DNA of 32,000 bases, taken from assembly GCA_000830275.1 (NCBI GenBank), contig CP010424.1:90001-122000 (forward strand), read 5' to 3'. Positions 22,937 through 29,976 of the stretch are shown here, piece by piece; position 1 is the first letter of the stretch; each line of letters begins with the position of its first letter. Source of the stretch: an archaeon GW2011_AR10 (GTDB lineage Archaea; Iainarchaeota; Iainarchaeia; Iainarchaeales; GW2011-AR10). The position numbers and the translations under genes were made by a program. The notes under the pieces were generated by a model. It was given only the letters and a program-made list of their open reading frames with translations, made no database searches and was not told where the DNA came from.

Positions 22937-22983
22937 TTTTTTTGAGCTAAGTTTTGAACAGAGCTTTTTTCTTTTAGAAACGC

Positions 22984-24279
22984 CTATTCAGTAAAGGCTG
23001 AAGCCGTTACGCCGCCATCCCACGAAAATCGTGGCCTCACCTTAATTAACCAAAGCTTTTCGGTGTTGTCGTCAAGCAGCAGGGCATAACCTCTAGCGCG
23101 AGGCATCTGCTGATAATATTTGTCAAAGTCCTGGTGCATGTAGCTCGGCCTTAACTGTGAAACAGCTTGAATGTCCGCTTGGCTGGTCATCCTGTGCGAG
23201 ATAAACAAATCACACTGGCTTATTGCATCAGGGTGAAGCTTTTCAGGCCTCTGGGTTGCAAGCACAAGGCTTAATCCCGGTTGCCTTCCAACCCTAACCC
23301 ACTCAAGAAGAACCTGCAGCGCAATGTTTTCCTCGTCTCTTGGCATGAACATGTGTGCTTCATCAATCATCAGCCAAACCAGCGGCATATCGCTTTCCTT
23401 CTTCAATCCTTTTGTGAGCTTCACTTCCTCTTCCTTGCGGTAAAGCATCCTCTCTTCAAAGAGTTTTTTTCCCAGCAGCCCGACAACTATGTCCCTTGTT
23501 CCCTCCATGCCTATTGCCTGCCTGTAAGCTGAAACATCAATTACGGTTATTGCCCCGGGCCTGGCTATTTCCATGATTTTGGTGCCCTCTTTCTCGAACA
23601 AGCCCCAGGTTTCAGCAACTTTGAACCTGTTGGTAAGCGCCTGCTTGGTTATTTTGTCGGCTTCCTCATCCTTGTTGATTGCCTTGATTATGTCTTCTAT
23701 TCCATAATAATTTCCAAGCACTTCCTTTACCTGTTCAACTACTCTTGTAAGCAGCACCCCCAGCGCATCATTCCAGCTGAGCTTGAACAGTGAAAGCCAC
23801 TCAGTTATGTCTAGCTCTGATGTTCTGATGGTGAAAGCACCATCAATCGGTATTCCCTTCTTTTTGTAGAAATCAATTCTTCCCTGGGGCACCAAAACCT
23901 TAACGCTTGTTTTGTCTGGTTTTAAATCCCACTTTTCAAGTTCCTTTGTTTCAGCCTTGTTCGGAATCTTTAAAGTCCAGAAAATTCCGACAGTGTCAAT
24001 TGCAATAATTGAAATCCTCTGCTTTATGTCAAACGGCTGTCGGGCAAATTCCTCCAGCAAAACAGCCAAGTCGTATGATTTTCCGCTGCCCCTCTTGCCG
24101 CAAATTAGCATTACATGAGGGGTTGCAATATCGCACAAAACTTTCCTTCCAAGCACCGGCCTTTCACCAGTGCTCATCACAACTTTTCCAAGGTAAGCTG
24201 TTCCGCGTTCGCCAAACTTTTCAATGTCGGCAACAGGCCTTCCCACAATTGAAGCTTTAGTGCTTAACTCCAGAGCCAT
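22984..24279 (-). CDS. HerA/FtsK-superfamily P-loop ATPase (DUF87-type)
   Basis: 431 aa with Walker A CGKRGSGKSY, Walker B VWLMIDEAHMF, and LVLATQRPEKLHPDAISQCDLFISHRM, typical of DUF87/HerA-like ATPases. Confidence 0.85.
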   Translation of the reverse strand: MALELSTKASIVGRPVADIEKFGERGTAYLGKVVMSTGERPVLGRKVLCDIATPHVMLICGKRGSGKSYDLAVLLEEFARQPFDIKQRISIIAIDTVGIFWTLKIPNKAETKELEKWDLKPDKTSVKVLVPQGRIDFYKKKGIPIDGAFTIRTSELDITEWLSLFKLSWNDALGVLLTRVVEQVKEVLGNYYGIEDIIKAINKDEEADKITKQALTNRFKVAETWGLFEKEGTKIMEIARPGAITVIDVSAYRQAIGMEGTRDIVVGLLGKKLFEERMLYRKEEEVKLTKGLKKESDMPLVWLMIDEAHMFMPRDEENIALQVLLEWVRVGRQPGLSLVLATQRPEKLHPDAISQCDLFISHRMTSQADIQAVSQLRPSYMHQDFDKYYQQMPRARGYALLLDDNTEKLWLIKVRPRFSWDGGVTASAFTE

Positions 24280-24344
24280 AACAAAGTATCGCTTTAGGTT
24301 ATTTAAATATTTGGCAAATGAGAAAAATTTTTGTAAGAAGACGG

Positions 24345-24366
24345 GCCCCGCTTTTTTCAGCGGGGC
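24345..24366 (-). terminator. GC-rich hairpin downstream of the 24468-24947 gene
   Basis: GCCCCGCT-6nt-AGCGGGGC, an 8-bp perfect stem. On the minus strand it is followed by a T-rich stretch (CCGTCTTCTTACAAAAATTTTT). Confidence 0.4.
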
Positions 24367-24467
24367 ACTGAAAAGACATTGGAGGTTAAAGCTTTATTGG
24401 GAGTTAAGGAGAGGGACATTGCAATTGAAGAGGTGGGGGTTTAAATCAGCTGCAATGGCCCGTGCTC

Positions 24468-24947
24468 CTACATTTTAAGCAAGTATAATACCTTTTTGCC
24501 TGACTGCACTTTTGAAAGGTGCCCCTCCTTGAAAAGTTTATTCAGCCTTTGGCTTGCCGCGTTTAAGCCGCGGTAACTCATGATGCTTTGAATTTCTCTG
24601 GCAGTTGCCTTGCCGTTTCCCCCTATGTACTTCAAAATCAATTGGTCTTGGTCAGGCAAAACCTCGAAGCGGTTCTTGTCTGGGCTGCCTGCAGTTTCCC
24701 TGTCAATTTCCTTGGTTTTGAGGCTAAACATTATTTTGTCGTACTTGTCGTTTATTGACTCGAGAATCTTGTTGGTTTTCTCTCTTTCTTGGGCTAGCTT
24801 GAATAGCAGTGCAGCAACGAATGCAGGGTCTTTGCTGTGCTCAAATAAAAGCTGTATGTCGTCTGTCAACTCATTAAACTTTGGGCTGATGCTTTCAAGC
24901 ACCTGCTTGTGCTTTTCCAGCTCCTTGATTGCATCATGATTAATCAT
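24468..24947 (-). CDS. Coiled-coil protein with C-terminal winged-helix DNA-binding domain
   Basis: 159 aa. The N-terminal helical region is followed by LPDQDQLILKYIGGNGKATAREIQSIMSYRGLNAASQRLNKLFKEGHLSKVQSGKKVLY. Confidence 0.7.
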   Translation of the reverse strand: MINHDAIKELEKHKQVLESISPKFNELTDDIQLLFEHSKDPAFVAALLFKLAQEREKTNKILESINDKYDKIMFSLKTKEIDRETAGSPDKNRFEVLPDQDQLILKYIGGNGKATAREIQSIMSYRGLNAASQRLNKLFKEGHLSKVQSGKKVLYLLKM

Positions 24948-24981
24948 GTATTATCATGATAGCATCATGATATATAAATAG
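24933..24981 (-). promoter_or_regulatory. Phased ATCATGAT operator array overlapping the TATA box, TSS and start codon of the 24468-24947 gene
   Basis: The ATCATGAT palindrome occurs at 24933-24940, 24953-24960 and 24964-24971, with a partial copy (ATCATG) at 24943-24948. Spacing is 10-11 bp. The array is adjacent to ATATATAAATA (24971-24981). Confidence 0.5.
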
Positions 24982-25151
24982 TTTTCGGTTTAAAAAGTTC
25001 TTCTTGCGTAAAATGCTTCAAATAGGTGATTTAACGCATTTTTACCGTACCTTAATTTTTGTGCGGTAAAAGGAAAAACGCTTCCTAATTCAATACAATG
25101 CCTAGATTTTTAAAGGTATTGTTCCGCTATTGCTGGCTTTTGTGCTGTCCC

Positions 25152-25391
25152 TCAGCTTATGTGAATGCCTTTTGTGGTTTTTTCCTGCGGTTCATCAAAA
25201 ATGAATAGTTCCTCTATTGTTGTGTTAAGCGCCCTTGAAACCTCGAATGCAAGCCTCAGCGAAGGGTTGTACTTTCCTTTTTCGAGGAAAACAATGGTTT
25301 CCCGCCTAACCCCTGCTTTTAGCGCAAGCTCTTGCTGTGTTAAGCAGTTTTTAACCCTGAATTCCTTCACTCTGCTGAGCATTTCCGCCAA
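25152..25391 (-). CDS. XRE-family helix-turn-helix transcriptional regulator
   Basis: 79 aa with [47 protein letters not shown], a classic small HTH_3-type repressor. The start is the TTG at 25391 or the ATG at 25382. Confidence 0.8.
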   Translation of the reverse strand: MAEMLSRVKEFRVKNCLTQQELALKAGVRRETIVFLEKGKYNPSLRLAFEVSRALNTTIEELFIFDEPQEKTTKGIHIS

Positions 25392-25403
25392 CTCACAAGT
25401 TTT

Positions 25404-25453
25404 GTTATAGAAATCTAACTTTTTGTTATACTATTATAACATTTCTATATAAA
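25404..25453 (-). promoter_or_regulatory. Nested inverted repeats plus TATA box upstream of the XRE gene
   Basis: The outer arms are TATAGAAAT (25406-25414) and ATTTCTATA (25441-25449). They enclose GTTATA-ctat-TATAAC (25425-25440). TTTATATA on the minus strand lies at 25446-25453. Confidence 0.4.
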
Positions 25454-25478
25454 TATTTTTGCTTTCGCTGAAAAAATG

Positions 25479-26357
25479 CTATTTTTTTGCCAAAATCTTG
25501 AAAGAAACTAAAATCAGGGCAAACACAAGCGCGGTTCCAGTGACAGCTGCAAAAAGCGTTGCAAGCGCCTGGTTTTCAATGCCAGGAAAAATATGCCCGG
25601 CAAGTAATGCCGGAGAAGCCATTGAAGCAGTAGCCAGTGAATCAAACTCCAAGTCTTGGGCTGTTTTCTGCAGGCCGTCCGGCAGCGAGCTTGCAATCGG
25701 TGCAATCAATACAGCGGCAATTGCAGTTAACGCTGCCACCCTTTTAAATGAGAAGTGTGGCGCTGGCACTGCCCTATAATAAACAGCGAGAACCAAAGCT
25801 GCAGCAATCGCTTCCACTAATCCCACAAGCAAGTGCACCGGCAGCATTGAACCAATCACAGGAGCCAATTCAACTGCTCCGGAGAATGAAAGCTGCAGTG
25901 AAACAAGCAGTGCTGCCGCCAAAACTGAGGCAACCGAGGCAGCGAAGGCTGCGCTTGTATTTCCGCCGAAAACCTGCCTGAACTTGTAACCTATGAAGGG
26001 CGCCACAATTCCCATGTTGAAGAAGTTTGCCCCCAATGCAGTTATGCCGCCGTCATGGAATACAAGCGCCTGCACTGTCAGAACAAACGCCATTGCCACG
26101 ACTGCTGCATCAAATCCAAGCATAAAGGCAAGCAGTGCGCCACCAATTATGTGGCCTGAAGTGCCGCCAAGCACTGGAAAATTAAGCATCTGGGCAGCAA
26201 ACACCAAAGCGCCCAAAACAGATAACAACGCAATCTTGCCAGTATTGTTTGAAATTTTTTCCCTTAAATTTTTTACTGCTCTGGAGGAAACAATAAGGGA
26301 AACAATCCAAAAGAAGAAAGAAACAACCGGTGAAAGAAACCCATCAGGAATATGCAT
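25479..26357 (-). CDS. cbiM: CbiM/NikM-type Ni/Co transporter substrate component fused to a PDGLE domain
   Basis: 292 aa with the N-terminus MHIPDGFLSP (metal-binding amino terminus), GGTSGHIIGG and QALVFHDGGITALG. The C-terminal SLPDGLQKTAQDLEF segment and a final TM helix form the PDGLE domain. Confidence 0.85.
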   Translation of the reverse strand: MHIPDGFLSPVVSFFFWIVSLIVSSRAVKNLREKISNNTGKIALLSVLGALVFAAQMLNFPVLGGTSGHIIGGALLAFMLGFDAAVVAMAFVLTVQALVFHDGGITALGANFFNMGIVAPFIGYKFRQVFGGNTSAAFAASVASVLAAALLVSLQLSFSGAVELAPVIGSMLPVHLLVGLVEAIAAALVLAVYYRAVPAPHFSFKRVAALTAIAAVLIAPIASSLPDGLQKTAQDLEFDSLATASMASPALLAGHIFPGIENQALATLFAAVTGTALVFALILVSFKILAKK

Positions 26358-26475
26358 TTCAATATGTTGGATTCATGAAAGCAATTAAAAACAGCGCTTT
26401 TTTCAGGGTTGCACTTAAAGTCGCTATTCTGCACTTTTAGTGTTCCGTTATTAAGACTTAAAATACAAAGCGCTT

Positions 26476-26973
26476 TTATCTAAACTCAACTGAGGTCTCT
26501 GCTTGCAGCAGCTGCTGGATTCCTTTCTCCAGGTTCTCTTTTGAAATCATGAGCTTGCCTTCGTCAAACCTTGAAATAATCACTTTGTATTCCTGTTTTT
26601 TCGGCTTGAAAATTTTGTTCACTCCAAGCACTCTGGCCCCTCCAACCAAGTCCTGAATCATTTTTTTTTCGTCCTTGGTGTGCTCTATGACCCTCACTTT
26701 TTTCCCTACCTTTCTTGTTATCTCTGAAACAATTCTTCCCTTTTTTCCGATGAGTGTTCCAATGTTTCCCTCGCACACCATCACAATCATTTCGTTGAGG
26801 TCAATGGCTTGCTTGAATTCAACACTGGAAATTGGAAAGCTCTTGTCCATTCTCCCAAGAATCCGAGAAATTGCGATATCCAAATCTGAAAGGCTTCCCT
26901 CATCTAGCCTTTTCTTGCATTCGTTGCAGAGAATTTCCCTTTGCGCGTCTACTTCGCATAGTGGAGTCTTCAT
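26476..26973 (-). CDS. KH-domain RNA-binding protein with N-terminal Cys pair
   Basis: It has the GxxG motif LIGKKGRIVSEI. N-terminal LCEV...LCNEC is a possible Zn ribbon. I prefer the ATG at 26973, because the GTG at 27009 sits directly against a TTTATTTATAT TATA element. Confidence 0.7.
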   Translation of the reverse strand: MKTPLCEVDAQREILCNECKKRLDEGSLSDLDIAISRILGRMDKSFPISSVEFKQAIDLNEMIVMVCEGNIGTLIGKKGRIVSEITRKVGKKVRVIEHTKDEKKMIQDLVGGARVLGVNKIFKPKKQEYKVIISRFDEGKLMISKENLEKGIQQLLQAETSVEFR

Positions 26974-27046
26974 GCCGAGCACCGCTGCACTAAAAACTGC
27001 GCAGTCCACATATAAATAAAAGAAAAAGTAGAAAAGGAGGGTGTTT

Positions 27047-27322
27047 TTACTTTGAGAGCTTTATTTCAATAGCTGAAACCTTTAAGGGGTTTCCGTCCTC
27101 AATGCTTACTTCCTCAGTGGAAATGTGTATGTTCTTCACGCTTATTTCCTTAATGAACTTGTTTTTGACTATTTCAGCCACGTCAACAGCTCTTGAAATA
27201 GCCTTTCCCCTTGCTTTTAAGGTAACTTCCTTTGAACCCTGCTGGTTCATCTGCGTTACCACAGCCAAAACATATGCCATTGTGCCTTTTTTTCCGATGA
27301 AAACAGTGTTTTCTTCAGCCAT
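27047..27322 (-). CDS. albA: Chromatin/RNA-binding protein Alba
   Basis: [21 protein letters not shown]...[24 protein letters not shown]...[15 protein letters not shown] lies 7 nt upstream of the ATG at 27322. Confidence 0.9.
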   Translation of the reverse strand: MAEENTVFIGKKGTMAYVLAVVTQMNQQGSKEVTLKARGKAISRAVDVAEIVKNKFIKEISVKNIHISTEEVSIEDGNPLKVSAIEIKLSK

Positions 27323-27424
27323 TAAACTGCACCTCCGTTTGAAAGGTTTTTTCACTGGAACAGTGGAACTGCTATTAAATATTGAACCAAAACCTATTTA
27401 AGCACTGGCAGAAGAAGGTAAAAT

Positions 27425-28285
27425 TTAGCGCATGTAGCGTAGCGTTGACTCAAGAATGCCGCGAGTGATTCCTGGGTTATAATTAAAGTAAATGCTTTTC
27501 CCTACAAGAGTTGGCTTCTCAACTATTGCAGGATAAGTTTTCCTTGCAGCGCTCGCTTCCTGAATGTAGGCTATTTCCTTGCCTGTTGGAGTAACATCAA
27601 AGGTTTCAAAGATTGCGAAGAGCTCTGGCTCAGCCGGGAAAGCCTCAATTCCCCTCAGTATTGGGTGGTCTTCGTCCTCGCGATAGAGCTTGCCGCGCAC
27701 GATTCTCCTATCAAGGCATACTGGAATATCATTGATTACGCGGTCACAGCTTACCGGCACGGTTTGCCCAAACGTGTTCTCCCATCCAATCACATCAAAT
27801 GCTCCCGGCCTTCTTATGCCGGAATCCAAAACAACAATCAGGTTTCCGCCAGCAGCAACATATTTTTCAATTCCCTCTCCAAGCTCCCTTGAAACTTCCT
27901 TGTTTGCTTCCTGGCTCTGGTCAAGCATTACAATGTCATACTGCGCCAGCTGCTCCCGCGGGTTTCTCCTCAAGCTATCTGCAGTCTTAATCCTGTATCT
28001 TATCAAGTCGTCATTGTCATTCAATACGTCCAGTACCTCTTGGCTTGTTGCGCCGATTATCAGCATGGAAGAAGGCTTGGCCCCGCCCTCAAAAATTTCA
28101 GCAATTGGCCCGACAAGAGGCGTTGAACTAGTGATGATGTCAAACCTAATTGCAACAAAAAACAGAATTATGAGTATGAGGATTAAAGGGATTACCCCTT
28201 CAAGGTGGTAACCGACTTTTCCCTTAAAATCTGCAGGCGGATAATATTCCTGCCCGCCTTCAGCGCCACCCTCAGGATACACCAT
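27425..28285 (-). CDS. TM-anchored extracytoplasmic protein, DUF4350/GATase1-like fold suspected; paralog of 28395-29750
   Basis: 286 aa with an N-terminal TM helix. The pattern MLIIGATS...YDIVMLDQS...IEKYVAAGGNLIVVLDSG parallels VLIVYGDG...YDMVIVTEA...IDYIAGGGRLVWTGDAG in the neighbour. Confidence 0.65.
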   Translation of the reverse strand: MVYPEGGAEGGQEYYPPADFKGKVGYHLEGVIPLILILIILFFVAIRFDIITSSTPLVGPIAEIFEGGAKPSSMLIIGATSQEVLDVLNDNDDLIRYRIKTADSLRRNPREQLAQYDIVMLDQSQEANKEVSRELGEGIEKYVAAGGNLIVVLDSGIRRPGAFDVIGWENTFGQTVPVSCDRVINDIPVCLDRRIVRGKLYREDEDHPILRGIEAFPAEPELFAIFETFDVTPTGKEIAYIQEASAARKTYPAIVEKPTLVGKSIYFNYNPGITRGILESTLRYMR

Positions 28286-28394
28286 TTCACCTTTTTCAAT
28301 TAATGTGTTAATATATATTATATCTTTTTTGTTTCCTTATTTTAAATATATTCCTTTCCAACTAATAGTCTTTTCTTCTTTATAAACTTTTTCT

Positions 28395-29750
28395 TCACGA
28401 AAGCATGCCGTAGTACATGTTTTCAATCAAGGAATAGTACTTTATTCTCTGCCCGGTTTCAGGGTCAATTGGCATCTGCTCGCTCACAAAGAACTCCGGC
28501 GGAGTTGCGTAGTATACGACCTTTTCCCCGAGGCCGGATGTAACAACAACTGGAAAAAATCTCCCGAGGTTTCTTTTGCCCTCGCTTCTGTCGGAAGCGG
28601 AAGCGCAGTCAGCATCCTCTGGGTAATCAGTGAACCCATCCGAGTCATTATCGAAGCCGTCAGAGCACTCAGAGTAACCGGCAGAGCATCCTGACTCGTT
28701 GTCGTGCAGCGCACTCACACAGCATGGGTCAAAAGGGTAATCAACCAACCCATCATTATCGTTGTCTCTTAGGTCTTTGCACTGAGGTTCCCTTTCAAGA
28801 ATCGGCGCTCCTCCAAGAACATCTTCTGAATCATCAATGAAGGAATCGCATTCCCTGTCATCAGGGTAATCTGTTTTCCCATCCCGGTCATTGTCTATGT
28901 CGTCATTGCATTCAGGCAACGCAGAGGGCTCCGGAATAATGCTGGGGTAATACTGTGAGGTATCAGCAATCAAGTCAGACTGGAAGTCAACGTTTAAAAC
29001 AATTGTTGAGTAGCCGCCTGAGCGCGCTTTCACAACTGCAAAGTCCCCGTACATTTTCAAGTCAGGCCTTAAGCCATTTACGAATTCATGATTTCTGTTT
29101 GGCGCCTCAAAAATTCCTATGTATGGAACACCGGTGCATGTTTTAAGCTGGCAGAAATTGCCGAGGTAGTCAACTGAAAGGAACTCATCCAATGCCACAA
29201 CCCGCTCGCCGATTTTTCTCGCCCAAGGGCTCACAATAATGTTTTCGTCGCTGCCGCCAGGCCTTTCATACTCGTACAGCAGCCTGTCGCCTGGAGCGAG
29301 CTCTGTGCCTGCATCACCAGTCCACACAAGCCTTCCCCCGCCTGCAATGTAATCAATGAATACTTCCAATTTTTCTGAGCTGATTTGCCGCGCTTCAGTA
29401 ACAATAACCATGTCATACTGCCTTAGGTTGCCGATGCTTACATTTTGAACGTGAAGCGTTTGAGGTCTGACACTCAAAAAAGTTGGATCACTAAAAGTGT
29501 CACGCAGCAACTGATAGTTGCCTAGGCCGCCATCGCCATAAACAATCAAAACCCGCGCTTTTCCTCCTTCAGCCCAGCGCAGAATGCCCCAGAATGCGTC
29601 ACAGCTGAAAGGCACTGGCACCACATCGCAGCCAAAAATCCATGAAACAACAAACCATAGGCCTAAAATCAGAGCAATAAGTATTCCAACATGGTAGAGG
29701 TCTTTTGCCAGATTCCGGGTTTCTCCGTCCAATTCAACCACTTTCGGCAC
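28395..29750 (-). CDS. TM-anchored extracytoplasmic protein with three Cys-bracketed DxDxDG (calcium-binding-type) repeats
   Basis: 451 aa with a GTG start. The repeats are CNDDIDNDRDGKTDYPDDREC, CKDLRDNDNDGLVDYPFDPCC and CSDGFDNDSDGFTDYPEDADC (aa 281-382, nt 28605-28910). They are inserted into a domain paralogous to 27425-28285. Confidence 0.75.
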   Translation of the reverse strand: MPKVVELDGETRNLAKDLYHVGILIALILGLWFVVSWIFGCDVVPVPFSCDAFWGILRWAEGGKARVLIVYGDGGLGNYQLLRDTFSDPTFLSVRPQTLHVQNVSIGNLRQYDMVIVTEARQISSEKLEVFIDYIAGGGRLVWTGDAGTELAPGDRLLYEYERPGGSDENIIVSPWARKIGERVVALDEFLSVDYLGNFCQLKTCTGVPYIGIFEAPNRNHEFVNGLRPDLKMYGDFAVVKARSGGYSTIVLNVDFQSDLIADTSQYYPSIIPEPSALPECNDDIDNDRDGKTDYPDDRECDSFIDDSEDVLGGAPILEREPQCKDLRDNDNDGLVDYPFDPCCVSALHDNESGCSAGYSECSDGFDNDSDGFTDYPEDADCASASDRSEGKRNLGRFFPVVVTSGLGEKVVYYATPPEFFVSEQMPIDPETGQRIKYYSLIENMYYGMLS

Positions 29751-29811
29751 ATTTTTAAATTTAAACGAATATATAATGGTTTAGCGTTATTTTAATCTTT
29801 TGGTGAAGAAA

Positions 29812-29976
29812 ATGAAGTTTCAGAGAGCAGCTTCAACTGGGGGTCCAAGCTCCAGCATCGGAATAATGAGGTTCTTTGACACTGACACTGGCGGCCCAAA
29901 AATGAGCCCAGAATTCGTTGTAGTTGTTTCAGCAGTAATAGTGCTTGTAATATTGCTCGTGCAGTTCTTGGGTTAG
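29812..29976 (+). CDS. secG: Preprotein translocase subunit Sec61-beta (archaeal SecG)
   Basis: 54 aa, MKFQRAASTGGPSSSIGIMRFFDTDTGGPKMSPEFVVVVSAVIVLVILLVQFLG. It has the GxxRFFD motif plus a C-terminal tail anchor. GGTGA lies 5 nt upstream. The ORF is below the ORF-track cut-off. Confidence 0.75.
   Translation: MKFQRAASTGGPSSSIGIMRFFDTDTGGPKMSPEFVVVVSAVIVLVILLVQFLG

Noticed and set aside
26358-26475. Repeated AGCGCTTTT and GCACTT words between cbiM and the KH gene, considered as a regulatory element.
   Set aside because: The words are short, have no dyad symmetry or phasing, and are compatible with chance in a 118-nt AT-rich spacer.
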